This document shows positions 39,623 through 48,507 of a DNA stretch of 64,000 nt, piece by piece; positions within the stretch are counted from its first letter, which is position 1; every line of letters starts with the position of its first letter. Below the pieces are notes generated by a model. That model had not been told where the DNA came from. It saw only the letters and a list, made by a program, of their open reading frames with translations, and did no database searches. Where the stretch lies: IMG/VR virus record IMGVR_UViG_3300021560_000014, positions 32,001-96,000 of that record; one strand, written 5' to 3'. Both the position numbers and the translations under genes were made by a program. The DNA is from a virus.

Positions 39623-40801
39623 TCATGCTATGGCTGTCTGATCCGTTCCCCATGCTGTACGTTTCCACCACTCCAGCACCCTTGTGATCCACTGGGCCAC
39701 CCTCCAGCCCTGGGGCTGGGGTTCAGGCTCTGGTGGGGGCGCGTGGTTGGCGACGGCGTTGGCGATGTGTCTGTCGGAAACGTAGGCGCATTGCAGCCGG
39801 ACCTGGATGCCAGCTCCTCGAAAGAGCCCGTCGCCGCTGCCCAGCAGGTTCTCAGCACCACCCTCGTTAATCACAGTACGGCTGTCGAAGATGCTGGGCA
39901 ACCGGAAAGTCAGTCTAGCTGGCAAATTTGCCTTGACCACACCGGTCACGACGTTGACCGAGGGCCGCTGCGTGGCCACGATCAGGTAGACGCCAGCCGC
40001 GCGGGCCTTGCCGGTCAACTTGCGCAGCACCCGCTCGAACGCCTTGCGGTCAGCGCTGCTCGTGGTCAGGTCGGCCAGCTCATCGATCACCACCACGATA
40101 TTAGACAGCCCGAGCGCGCTTGCCTTGCGGACCCCGGCTTCGGCCATCTCCTCATAGCGCTCCTCGACTTCGAGCGCGAGGTCTTCCAGGGTCTCCAGGG
40201 CCTCGGCGGAGTCAGTGACGAAGTCGCGCAAGTAGTTGTGCAGCTTGCGGTAGGGGGTCAGCTCAACCATCTTGGGGTCGATCAGGACCAGCTCCAGTTG
40301 TCCAGGCTCGTTGCGCGCCAGCAGCGACAGAATGATCGAGTGCAGCAGCATCGACTTGCCACTGCCGGTGGTCCCGGCGACCAGCAGGTTCGGCAGCTGC
40401 GTAAGGTCCACGAGCACTGGCTTGCCGTGGGTATCAACCCCGAGAGGCACCGTCAGCCGCTGACTGCGTGGAATCGCCTGGACCTCGCGGCAGCTTGCCA
40501 GCCCTGCATAGTTGACGATCTGACGGTTGCTATTGGGGTACTCGATGCCGATGGCCCCCTCGTCAGTCGCTGGGAAGATTCGCACCTGCCCACGGGCCGC
40601 AATCGACAGGTCCTGGGTCACGTGCTGAAGCTCACCGATGCAGGTCCTGCCCTCGGGCGTGAAGAGTGCAGTCGATACCGTCGGGCCAGTGTGAACCGTG
40701 GTCACGCTGCCCTTGATGCCCAGGGTCTTCAGCTTGCAGATGATCGCCTGGAGGGCCGGGTCCTGGACCAGAAGGATTGGGCTTTGGAGTAGTTGTGCCA
40801 T
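39623..40801 (-). CDS. FtsK/SpoIIIE-family ATPase (no gamma domain evident)
   Basis: LPNLLVAGTTGSGKS, LIDPKMVEL, VVIDELADL, KARAAGVYLIVATQRPSV. Confidence 0.95.
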   Translation of the reverse strand: MAQLLQSPILLVQDPALQAIICKLKTLGIKGSVTTVHTGPTVSTALFTPEGRTCIGELQHVTQDLSIAARGQVRIFPATDEGAIGIEYPNSNRQIVNYAGLASCREVQAIPRSQRLTVPLGVDTHGKPVLVDLTQLPNLLVAGTTGSGKSMLLHSIILSLLARNEPGQLELVLIDPKMVELTPYRKLHNYLRDFVTDSAEALETLEDLALEVEERYEEMAEAGVRKASALGLSNIVVVIDELADLTTSSADRKAFERVLRKLTGKARAAGVYLIVATQRPSVNVVTGVVKANLPARLTFRLPSIFDSRTVINEGGAENLLGSGDGLFRGAGIQVRLQCAYVSDRHIANAVANHAPPPEPEPQPQGWRVAQWITRVLEWWKRTAWGTDQTAIA

Positions 40802-40804
40802 ATT

Positions 40805-40880
40805 AGTTCACGCTCGTATAGTGGGTTTCGGGTAAGGTTTGGCTCGCGCACATAGAATGGGTTTCGCTGGCCCAATGGCT
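40805..40880 (-). ncRNA. TIGR-type dual-repeat array A (2 units)
   Basis: + strand: agttcacgc-N9-gggtttcgg-N9-ggctcgcgc-N9-gggtttcgc-N9-ggct; 36-nt period. Confidence 0.8.
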
Positions 40881-41157
40881 ACTTGCTGGCCTTCTTCGCG
40901 GCCTTCCCGCCGATCTGCCGAAAGCTGTAGCCGGGCTTAATGATCAGGTTGAGGAACTGGCCCAGGCTGCTGGCGGCCTCGAATTCCCGATAAACCTTGG
41001 CGGGTACGCCGTCATAGGCGTAGAGCCGCCCGCCGTGGAATTCGACAAAAAGCGTCTCACTCGCCGGGTTGTAACCGACCCGGTTGATGTTGGAGCTGGT
41101 GACTGCCTTGAGGTGCCTCTCGGCGATCTCGTTTTCGTTGGCGACTGGCTTTTTCAT
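40879..41157 (-). CDS. KTSC domain protein
   Basis: VTSSNINRVGYNPASETLFVEFHGGRLYAYDGVP...ASSLGQFLN..IK. Confidence 0.9.
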   Translation of the reverse strand: MKKPVANENEIAERHLKAVTSSNINRVGYNPASETLFVEFHGGRLYAYDGVPAKVYREFEAASSLGQFLNLIIKPGYSFRQIGGKAAKKASK

Positions 41158-41164
41158 ATGACCT

Positions 41165-41193
41165 ATTTTGCCAGCTGTTGGCAAAATTGTCAA
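41165..41193 (-). promoter_or_regulatory. Sigma70-like promoter TTGACA-N17-CAAAAT containing near-palindrome TTTTGCCAGCTGTTGGCAAAA
   Basis: The -10 lies 7 nt from the KTSC ATG (leaderless geometry). Confidence 0.7.
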
Positions 41194-41217
41194 GCAGCTA
41201 ATTCAGCTGGTGGAAAA

Positions 41218-41440
41218 TAATCGCGCTCTCCAGATGGGTTTCGCCCCCACAATGGCTCGCGCGCCACGGATGGGTCTCGCTTTACTGTTGGCTCGCGCTC
41301 GGGCATTGGGTCTCGTGCTGAGAGTGGCTCGCGCATCAAGCATGGGCTCCGCTTGTAAGCTGGCTCGCGCTAACTCCTCGGGCTTCGTGCGTATTATGGC
41401 TCGCGCACTTCATACGGGCTTCGCGACGAAAATGGCTCAC
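41218..41440 (-). ncRNA. TIGR-type dual-repeat array B (6 units)
   Basis: Six exact 36-nt units ggctcgcgc-N9-gggYYYcgY-N9 (first edge degenerate) with unique spacers. Confidence 0.92.
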
Positions 41441-41446
41441 CTTCAC

Positions 41447-41470
41447 TGCGGCCCCGTTTCCTGCCCACAC
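41447..41470 (-). repeat. Dispersed motif copy 11
   Basis: After a stop codon, directly 5' of array B. Confidence 0.95.
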
Positions 41471-41689
41471 CTAAGGGTGAGTGACGCAGGGGTTGTGGTA
41501 CGCCGGGTGGTGGAACTGGGGCGACTCGAATGACCAGTCCCCGCACAGAAAGCAGACCCATACCGGGAAATCCCGGCGCAGGATCAGATGGCGGCCTGGC
41601 AGGTGGACCTCGGCCTGCTCCAGCCGCCACCAGTGGGGATCGGGCGGTGGCTTCTTCGTTCGATCACTGAAATTAACTTCGCTCGCCAT
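41471..41689 (-). CDS. Hypothetical protein
   Basis: Coupled ORF; its stop abuts a dispersed motif copy. Confidence 0.45.
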   Translation of the reverse strand: MASEVNFSDRTKKPPPDPHWWRLEQAEVHLPGRHLILRRDFPVWVCFLCGDWSFESPQFHHPAYHNPCVTHP

Positions 41690-41916
41690 TACAGAATCTC
41701 GTAGCGTCCAGGGCTGACCCGGCGAAAGCGCGGCTGCCGCCCCTGGCGCACGGAGTCGCCGGTCTCCTCCGCGAAGCTCGACAGGACCGTGCTCAGGTAG
41801 TTGGGCGAGTAGTCATCCCCGTAGATCTCGCGCAGCTGGCGGAAGCTGACGACCTGTCCCTGGCCAAGGCCGTTGATCAGCCGGTCGAACAGCGACTTGT
41901 CATACTTTACAGCCAT
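41689..41916 (-). CDS. Small winged-helix-like hypothetical protein
   Basis: AAGGAAGGT RBS from the motif then MAVKYDK; FRRVSPGRYEI C-terminus. Confidence 0.55.
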   Translation of the reverse strand: MAVKYDKSLFDRLINGLGQGQVVSFRQLREIYGDDYSPNYLSTVLSSFAEETGDSVRQGRQPRFRRVSPGRYEIL

Positions 41917-41926
41917 ACACCTTCCT

Positions 41927-41950
41927 TGCGGCCCCGTTTCCTGCCCACAC
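41927..41950 (-). repeat. Dispersed motif copy 12
   Basis: Directly after a stop codon. Confidence 0.95.
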
Positions 41951-42250
41951 CTAGAGCCGGTGGCCGTTGGTGATGTGGACACAGCCTGAAGTCTCCCTGG
42001 GCGGCCCCTCGCACTGAATGCAGTAGGGCAGCTGGAGGTGCAGCACCGCGCCAGAGCCCGCGCAGACCTGGGCGACCACGCTGTGGATGCTGATGGCCCC
42101 GTCGGTGTGCATGATCTGGGTGTGGCAGGCGTTGCAGTTGTAGACGGGGCCGTCCTCATCGAAGCCGTGGCTATGACAGCGCTGGCGGTAGTAATTCACA
42201 ATCATCTCGATCAGCTGGTCGGCGTTGACCATCCGGGGTGCGTCCATCAT
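41951..42250 (-). CDS. Cys-rich (zinc-binding) hypothetical protein
   Basis: CNAC...CIQC. Confidence 0.5.
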   Translation of the reverse strand: MMDAPRMVNADQLIEMIVNYYRQRCHSHGFDEDGPVYNCNACHTQIMHTDGAISIHSVVAQVCAGSGAVLHLQLPYCIQCEGPPRETSGCVHITNGHRL

Positions 42251-42495
42251 ACCCTCCTGGGGTGCTGGCCACCCTTTCTGCCAATGGCGGCCATGTGCTC
42301 GGGGCCGTTATTGGTGACATTGGCCTTGCCCCCTCGACGGCCCAATTCCTTCATATAGCGGCTGCCCATCTTCTCGGCGGTCCTCGGTTTCGGGGTGGGC
42401 AGGAAACGGGGCGTCGCGGGTGGTGTGTCCACGGGCTCGATCAGGCTGGCAAACATCTTGGGCCGGTCCTTCAGGCTTCGGCGGTGAACTTTCAT
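42247..42495 (-). CDS. KGG-motif (stress-induced-like) small protein
   Basis: ELGRRGGKA...MAAIGRKGGQ. Confidence 0.6.
   Translation of the reverse strand: MKVHRRSLKDRPKMFASLIEPVDTPPATPRFLPTPKPRTAEKMGSRYMKELGRRGGKANVTNNGPEHMAAIGRKGGQHPRRV
42393..42412 (+). repeat. Dispersed motif copy 13 (truncated)
   Basis: Inside the KGG gene. Confidence 0.85.
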
Positions 42496-42498
42496 GCT

Positions 42499-44652
42499 CT
42501 ATCCTTTCAATAGTTGTTGCAGCCGGGTGAACCGGGTTGTATTTCCCTTGCGCCTGATCATCTCGATGATTTCCTGGCGCTGCCCGACCAGCACGCAGAG
42601 TTTTCTGGCCCTGCTGATCGCGGTGTAAATCCAGGGCCGCTGGCAGACTCTGGGACCGCCCGAGACATGCACCGGCACGATCACGACTGGGGCCTCACTC
42701 CCCTGAAACTTGTGACAAGTGATGGCATAGGCCAGCTCCAGGTCATTGCCGTGAAGCGGCAGCTCGACCTCCCGGATGGGAGTCTCGAACCGCACATAAA
42801 TCGACTTGCCGACGATGTCGAGTACCCGCCCGATGTCGCCGTTCATGACCCCGTGCTCGTAGTCGTTCCAGCACTGGATGACCTTGTCGCCCTGCTGGAA
42901 GACGCCCTGCTCGGGCTTGCCGATCAACGCCTCCTGCAATATCGGATTGAGTTTCTCGCAGCTGAGCGCGACCGACACCCGGCGCGGTACGATGATTTGA
43001 ATGTCGTTGATCGGGTCCAGCGGCTTCAGCCGGTCGTACTCCGGGATGCGCTTGAGCAGGGTGACGACGGCGGAGGCGATGCTCTCCTCGTTGCTGCGCG
43101 GGATGAACATGAAATCCAGCTCGGGGTCCGGGTGGGGGATTTCAATCGGCTGGCCGTTCTTGATGCGGTGGCAATTGGTGATAATCAGTCCGGCGTCCTG
43201 GCGCTTGATTGAGTCTAACTCAGTTGTCGGCACGCCCGCTGAAATGAGGTCCTTCAGGATGTTGCCCGGCCCGACACTGGGTAGCTGGTGAACGTCGCCA
43301 ATGAGTATCAACATCGTGCTGGGAGCGATAGCCTGGAGCATCCGGGCGAATAGCCAGTTGTCCAGCATTGAGGCTTCGTCGCAGATTATTACATCGGTAA
43401 TAATCGGATTGTCGGCGTTGCGCCGGAAGTCCCAGTGGCCCTTGCCGGTCAGGTTGGGCGGCAGCGGCTCCAGCGCGCGGTGAATGGTCGAAGCCTCAAC
43501 CCCGGTCTGCTCCTGCATGCGCTTGGCGGCCTTGCCGGTGGGCGCGACCAGCGTAATGTGCAGCCCCTGGGCGCGGTAGGACTGGATGATATGACTGGCC
43601 AGGAAGGTCTTCCCGGTCCCTGGCGGCCCAGTGATGACATAAATCCGGGTCTGGCCGCGCGCCATGCTCTCAAGCGCCCCGGCCTGGTCCTCCTTCAGCG
43701 AGCCATAGAAGGGCTGCACCTTGGTGAAGGGCCGCTCCAGCATCAAGCGCACGCGGTTAGCGATATAGTGCTCGTCGGCGAGGGTTTCCTTGTAGTAGAC
43801 ATGGCCCTCCTCTTCGACAATTGGCGAGCGTTCAAGCCCGCTGACGAGCCCGTCGAGGACCGGGATGAGCTTGGACTGCTCGACCTTCAGCGTGGTTGCG
43901 GCCATCGCTGTGACGTACAGCCGGGTGAAGCAGACGTGGCCTTCCTGCGCCGTGCTCTGCTGAATGGTGTAGATAATCCCGGCCTTGAGCCGGAAGGGGT
44001 CGTCCAGCTTGATGCCGAGCTTGCGCGCGACGCTGTCGGCCATCTGAAAGCCGACCCCCTTGAAGAATTCGATCAGCGCGTAGGGGTTCTCGCGGATGAG
44101 CTTGGGGGCGTCGTCGCCCCAGTCGGAGGCCACGTGGCTCAGGATGGGCCGCGTGATGAGCGTCCCGGCGAAGATCGATTCGAGTTCGACCAGCAGCCGC
44201 TCGGCCTTCTGCTTGGCCTTCATCTCGATGGAGATTTCCATCGCCTTCTCGACCGAGATGCCGGGAATTTCGGCGGCGACGTTGACCGGATAGTTGCGCA
44301 GCATCTCAAGCGTGCGCTCGCCGAATTTGATCATCAGCATGTTCGAGCGCACGGGACCCAGCCAGCGAATGTTGTTGCGCAGATAGCGGCTGATGCCGTC
44401 GAGGTCGGTGGGATGAATCATCGCGAAGCTGGTGACGGCGAACTGAAGGCCGTAGCGCGGATGCTCCTCCCAGCCGCCGCGCAACTCATAGGGCGTGTCC
44501 AGTGAGATGGTCCCGATGGTGCCCTTGACCGCGAAGCTGGTGTTGTCGTCCGTGTCCACGAGCCGCGCAATACCAATGGCGAACCCGTCGGGAGACCTGT
44601 ACTTGATGCGCTCGATCACCGCCTTGATGGTTTCGGCCTTGCTCTCTTCCAC
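42499..44652 (-). CDS. recD2: RecD2-like SF1B helicase
   Basis: HPRYGLQF, ENPYAL..GVGF..AD, ITGPPGTGKT, APTGKAAKR, DEASM, GDVHQLPSVGPG, LAYAITCHKFQGSE, YTAISRA. Confidence 0.95.
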   Translation of the reverse strand: MEESKAETIKAVIERIKYRSPDGFAIGIARLVDTDDNTSFAVKGTIGTISLDTPYELRGGWEEHPRYGLQFAVTSFAMIHPTDLDGISRYLRNNIRWLGPVRSNMLMIKFGERTLEMLRNYPVNVAAEIPGISVEKAMEISIEMKAKQKAERLLVELESIFAGTLITRPILSHVASDWGDDAPKLIRENPYALIEFFKGVGFQMADSVARKLGIKLDDPFRLKAGIIYTIQQSTAQEGHVCFTRLYVTAMAATTLKVEQSKLIPVLDGLVSGLERSPIVEEEGHVYYKETLADEHYIANRVRLMLERPFTKVQPFYGSLKEDQAGALESMARGQTRIYVITGPPGTGKTFLASHIIQSYRAQGLHITLVAPTGKAAKRMQEQTGVEASTIHRALEPLPPNLTGKGHWDFRRNADNPIITDVIICDEASMLDNWLFARMLQAIAPSTMLILIGDVHQLPSVGPGNILKDLISAGVPTTELDSIKRQDAGLIITNCHRIKNGQPIEIPHPDPELDFMFIPRSNEESIASAVVTLLKRIPEYDRLKPLDPINDIQIIVPRRVSVALSCEKLNPILQEALIGKPEQGVFQQGDKVIQCWNDYEHGVMNGDIGRVLDIVGKSIYVRFETPIREVELPLHGNDLELAYAITCHKFQGSEAPVVIVPVHVSGGPRVCQRPWIYTAISRARKLCVLVGQRQEIIEMIRRKGNTTRFTRLQQLLKG

Positions 44653-44755
44653 TTCCCTCTCCTTCAGCTGGCTTCGATGATACAGCTAGCAATCCTCACA
44701 GCCAATATGCAAATAATAGCTGGATGCGGGCCGAGAGGCAGGTAAACCGCTCCCG

Positions 44756-44779
44756 GTGTGGGCAGGAAACGGGGCCGTA
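44756..44779 (+). repeat. Dispersed motif copy 14
   Basis: 5' of array C. Confidence 0.95.
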
Positions 44780-44792
44780 AGTCACATTAACG

Positions 44793-45427
44793 GCGTAGCC
44801 CATTGGTTGAGCGCGAGCCAGATCGTAAGCGGAGCCCAGACGAAGCGCGTGTTCATGGGGTGGGCAGGAAACGGGGCCGCAACCGTGGTATCTGCGTAGC
44901 CCATTGGTTGAGCGTGAGCCGAAAAACAAGCTGGACCCCAAGAGCGGGCGCGAGCCGGAGGACAAACCGAGGCCCGTTTGGTGCGCGTGAGCCGTCATGT
45001 TGGCGAGACCCGTACATGAGGCGCGAGCCATATAAGAGGCGAAGCCCAAAAGACGATGCGTGAGCCGTGAAAAGTGCGGGACCCTAAACTGAAGCGTGAG
45101 CCGTGGGATGGCCGAGGCCCATTGTAGAAGCGCGAGCCAACGGAGACGCGGAACCCGTCCGTAGCGCGCGAGCCATTCGTTAAGCGAAGCCCATTCATTA
45201 CGCGCGAGCCGTGGAAGGTGCGGAGCCCAGCGTACTTGCGCGAGCCGTGGAAGGAGCGAGGCCCAACAGCAACAGCGCGAGCCAGCTACGTCGCGAAGCC
45301 CACAAGCTAAGCGCGAGCCGATAATCCTGCGAGCCCCGATGAAGGCGCGTGAGCCAGTAGCGTGGCGAAGCCCAAGCAAGACGCGTGAGCCGACCAATCA
45401 GCGAAAACCATTGCAGAGGCGCGGCTT
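44793..45427 (+). ncRNA. TIGR-type dual-repeat array C (about 15 full units plus 2 half units, interrupted by a motif copy)
   Basis: gcgYgagcc-N9-gcgRRRccc-N9 repeated 14 times from 44912, plus a short block at 44793-44853; opposite orientation to the other arrays. Confidence 0.93.
44858..44881 (+). repeat. Dispersed motif copy 15
   Basis: Within array C, 5' of the main block. Confidence 0.95.
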
Positions 45428-45457
45428 TTTGGCACAGCTCTTGCTCCTATTCTTTAG

Positions 45458-45477
45458 AATGCCCTCCGGGGCATTTT
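45458..45477 (+). terminator. Probable intrinsic terminator after array C
   Basis: AATGCCC-TCCG-GGGCATT-TT. Confidence 0.5.
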
Positions 45478-45710
45478 ACCCTTGCACGCAAGGTCCCTCA
45501 CCATCTCGCGAAATATATAGGGGCCTCCTCCTCTTGGCGGAATTCCTCAACAACCACGGGGAAGCAGGGGTGTCAGCGCTACTCGACGTGCAGGGGGCTG
45601 TGAATTTTCCTGTTGATTTACCTGCCTTTCCCTCTCTGTTGTTGTAGGCTCCCACTATTCTCATACAGATAGAGGTGCCCCTGTGTGGGCATAGATAAGA
45701 TGGGAGGTCG

Positions 45711-46412
45711 TTGAGGATGACTATCGTGGAGCAGCAGCTATGGCTCAAAGCCCGCAACATTATTACCCAGGCCCAGCGGCGGAGGGGCCACAACGTCAGC
45801 ACTACTGTGCATCTGCTGGGATGCAGCCGGTCCACTCTCCAGAAGTGGCTGGAGGATTCCTGCAATCCGTTCGCCCCGAAGGGCAGCCGCCGTTATTGCA
45901 GGGCCATTGCTGATTATTGCGGCCTGACTCAGGAGCAGGCTCGCGCTGCATGGGAAGGCTGGCGGCAAGAGCGGGTAGCCATGAGGGCTGATCTGGACGA
46001 GCGCGTGATGAGTCACTACCCGGAGGCCGAGGAGCGGATCTCATTTGGCATCGACGCTATAAGCCTGGAGCGGACGAGGAAGTACAAGCCCGACCCTGAG
46101 AAGAACTTCGTGTACCGGCTGCTCGTCCTGAAGGACGGCCTCAGCCCTCGTGGAATTGCTGACGAGCTGAATGGCATTGGCAGCCGGAACCCGGTCACGC
46201 CGAGTCAGGCATCCTATGTGACGCAGGGAATGGTGAGCAGCTGGTTTGCAGGCCGGAGCCTTCCCTGGCACCACGCTGGTGGGGCGGCCTTCAAAAGACT
46301 GGCTAAGTGGACAGGTCTTGAGGAGACGATGCTAAAGCAACACTGGGCGGATTGGCTCGACAGCCGGTTTGGGGGCTCCAATGAAGGGAAAGCTAAGGGC
46401 GCTCTCGCCTGA
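45711..46412 (+). CDS. HTH-type regulator with two repeated modules
   Basis: LLGCSRSTLQKW and QGMVSSWFAGRSLPW modules. Confidence 0.6.
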   Translation: MRMTIVEQQLWLKARNIITQAQRRRGHNVSTTVHLLGCSRSTLQKWLEDSCNPFAPKGSRRYCRAIADYCGLTQEQARAAWEGWRQERVAMRADLDERVMSHYPEAEERISFGIDAISLERTRKYKPDPEKNFVYRLLVLKDGLSPRGIADELNGIGSRNPVTPSQASYVTQGMVSSWFAGRSLPWHHAGGAAFKRLAKWTGLEETMLKQHWADWLDSRFGGSNEGKAKGALA

Positions 46413-46737
46413 ACAGGAAACGTGGCTGCTGAACAACCCGTTGTGGAAGTGGCGGCGGCTTCGAGGGATCAGCCGGAACTCTCTGATCGAACTCCTTAAA
46501 GAGGACGCGACGAGACAGGGCAAGACCAGCCTGCGTCACCCGTACACTGCCGAGCTGATTAGGAGGTGGGAGCGCGGCTGGGACCGCCCCTGGCTCCACA
46601 TCAGCGGCTGGAGTTTCGTCTTCCTTTGCCAGCGCATCGGCGTCGAGGAGGATGACTGGGTCGCGGTCTGGAATCTGTGGTATGCAGCAGTACCGGAAGA
46701 AATAAAACCCCGGCTCTGGTGGAAGCCGTTTGATTGA
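46369..46737 (+). CDS. XRE-like HTH protein, paralog of the upstream module
   Basis: NPLWKWRRLRGISR...LIRRWERGWDRPW. Confidence 0.6.
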   Translation: MGAPMKGKLRALSPEQETWLLNNPLWKWRRLRGISRNSLIELLKEDATRQGKTSLRHPYTAELIRRWERGWDRPWLHISGWSFVFLCQRIGVEEDDWVAVWNLWYAAVPEEIKPRLWWKPFD

Positions 46738-47095
46738 CATTCACTCCGTGGCCACATAATCTCTAAGCTGTTTCACCCGGCCAGGGTTTGCCAGAGACGA
46801 TGTGGCATGTGATGCCGGTGGTGGCCCGAAGCTACCCCCTTCCCTCCACCGGCCTCCAACCTCCCCAGTTGTAAAGCCCTCCTCCCCATGATAAGCACTT
46901 CGTAGGTGCTGATTGATGCGAAACAAAAGCAGCAAATCTATCGCCTGTCGCTCTTAGGGCTCCCCCTTCACATAACTTCTCAGCGCGCGGGCGTTAGCTT
47001 GCCGCTGTTCCTCGGCCTCTACCGCTCGGGCATCTTCCATGCACGGCTTAAAGCCCTCCGCATGCAAGCTGCACGTGCAGAGGAGGCTAGGGCAC

Positions 47096-48409
47096 ATGCC
47101 TAGAACCTCAGCCCGTGTGAAGGACCTCCCGCCAGGGGTCCATCCGTTTCCCCCACAGGCCGCCCTGGTCCGACCGGGGCGGCGTCCCAAGCCTGCGGCC
47201 CCGTTTCCTGCCCACACCGATGAGCCCCGGCTCGAAATTGTTGAGTGGCCGGTGGCGGACATCGTGGTTTATGATCGAAACCCCAGGATTAACGACGATG
47301 TGGTCGGGCAAATGGCCGACGCCATCCGACGGTATGGCTTCACGGTGCCGATGGTGGTGCAGGAACTGGGCAATGGCAAAGCGCAGATCGTTGATGGGCA
47401 TCTCAGATTTAAGGCAGCCTGCCTCCTGAAGCGCCGCACAGTTCCGGTGGTGATAATCCCGCCGACGGCGACCGAGAAATATGTGCGTGGCCTGCGCATC
47501 TCGATCAACCGCATGGCCGAGGCCGCCGACTGGGATGAAGCCCTGCTCGCCGAGGAACTGAAGCAGCTGGAGGCCGATGGCGCAGACGACCTCGCTGCTG
47601 CCAGCGGTTTCGACACCCGCGAGATTAACGCCCTGCTGGAGCTGGCAGATGATACGACAACGGACGACGATGCCCTGGACCGGAGGAAGGGCGAATACCC
47701 GGTCCCCGATCCCGACCAGGACTGGGAGGGTGTGGGCCAGTACGACCTCCCCGCGCTACGGGTTGACCGTCTGCTGGATTGCCCAGCCCCTAGCACTTGG
47801 GCTGGCACAGGAATCACAAACGGCCCCCCGCCGTATGCCTATAACTTCGATGCGGACAGCTCGGATGGGCTCGATTGGAAGCAGGCCATTCTCTGTTTCC
47901 ATTCCGCCGATCACAAGATCGACTGTTGGTGGGCGCAGCCCGACACGTATGTTGGGCGGTTCCTGGAACGTGGCACCACTCGCGCTGTAACTCCGAATTT
48001 CTCGGTCTTCGCCTTCTGGCCCTTTGCCCGGCGTCTGTTCAACACCTTCCGCTCGCGCTGGGTGGGCCGCTATATGCAGGAAGCCGGGATGATGGTCGTC
48101 CCCGATATCTGCGTCGCGCTGCAGGACCTCGACTGGGCGTTCGACGGTATTCCGGGCCGGTCACCCCTCAGCATCAATTTGTGCGGCAAGTACGGCAAAT
48201 TCACCAAGAAGGAAATCCGCGACGAGACCCGCGTGATCGAGGCCATTCTCGACTTCCACCCGGCCCGGCTGTGGGTCTACGCCGACAAGAAGAAGCTCCA
48301 GACCTTTCCAGTGCTCCGTAAAAAGCAGGCTTTTCCGGTTGAATTCATCGAGCCCCGGCTGGTAGTACGGAAGCAGCAACTGGAGGGGTTCCAGAATGGC
48401 AGAGGATGA
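47096..48409 (+). CDS. ParB-like N-terminal domain fused to a DUF4417-like domain
   Basis: RNPRIND...IRRYGFTVP...IVDGHLRFKAA...NR.AE.ADWD; C-terminal FHSADHKI, TPNFS.F, N.FRSRW.GRY.QE.G..V.P. Confidence 0.8.
   Translation: MPRTSARVKDLPPGVHPFPPQAALVRPGRRPKPAAPFPAHTDEPRLEIVEWPVADIVVYDRNPRINDDVVGQMADAIRRYGFTVPMVVQELGNGKAQIVDGHLRFKAACLLKRRTVPVVIIPPTATEKYVRGLRISINRMAEAADWDEALLAEELKQLEADGADDLAAASGFDTREINALLELADDTTTDDDALDRRKGEYPVPDPDQDWEGVGQYDLPALRVDRLLDCPAPSTWAGTGITNGPPPYAYNFDADSSDGLDWKQAILCFHSADHKIDCWWAQPDTYVGRFLERGTTRAVTPNFSVFAFWPFARRLFNTFRSRWVGRYMQEAGMMVVPDICVALQDLDWAFDGIPGRSPLSINLCGKYGKFTKKEIRDETRVIEAILDFHPARLWVYADKKKLQTFPVLRKKQAFPVEFIEPRLVVRKQQLEGFQNGRG
47194..47217 (-). repeat. Dispersed motif copy 16
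   Basis: In the 5' part of the ParB-like gene. Confidence 0.95.
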
Positions 48410-48474
48410 GGTTGAGGTGAGGAAGCCAGAGCCCGTGTACACGCGCAAGGAGCGGGTGATCGAGATACCTTCGT

Positions 48475-48498
48475 TGAGGTCCCGTTTCCTGCCCACAC
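48475..48498 (-). repeat. Dispersed motif copy 17
   Basis: Before the basic-protein ATG; flanks shared with copy 3. Confidence 0.9.
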
Positions 48499-48507
48499 CA
48501 GAGCGAT

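Noticed and set aside
39623-40801. Dispersed motif as KOPS sites for the phage FtsK (GGGCAGGA vs GGGNAGGG)
   Set aside because: One mismatch, conservation extends far beyond 8 bp, orientation is mixed, and this FtsK shows no gamma domain
44696-45397. ORFs overlapping the arrays (also 41168-41533, 54542-55034, 55301-55834, 56514-57141, 63349-63801)
   Set aside because: Their periodic GSR/ARA/REP/WLA peptides result from the 36-nt (12-codon) repeat; no RBS or family motifs
44793-45427. CRISPR array interpretation of the 36-nt periodic regions
   Set aside because: Two alternating 9-nt repeats with 9-nt spacers, not a 23-47-nt repeat with ~30-nt spacers; no cas1/cas2 or effector genes seen
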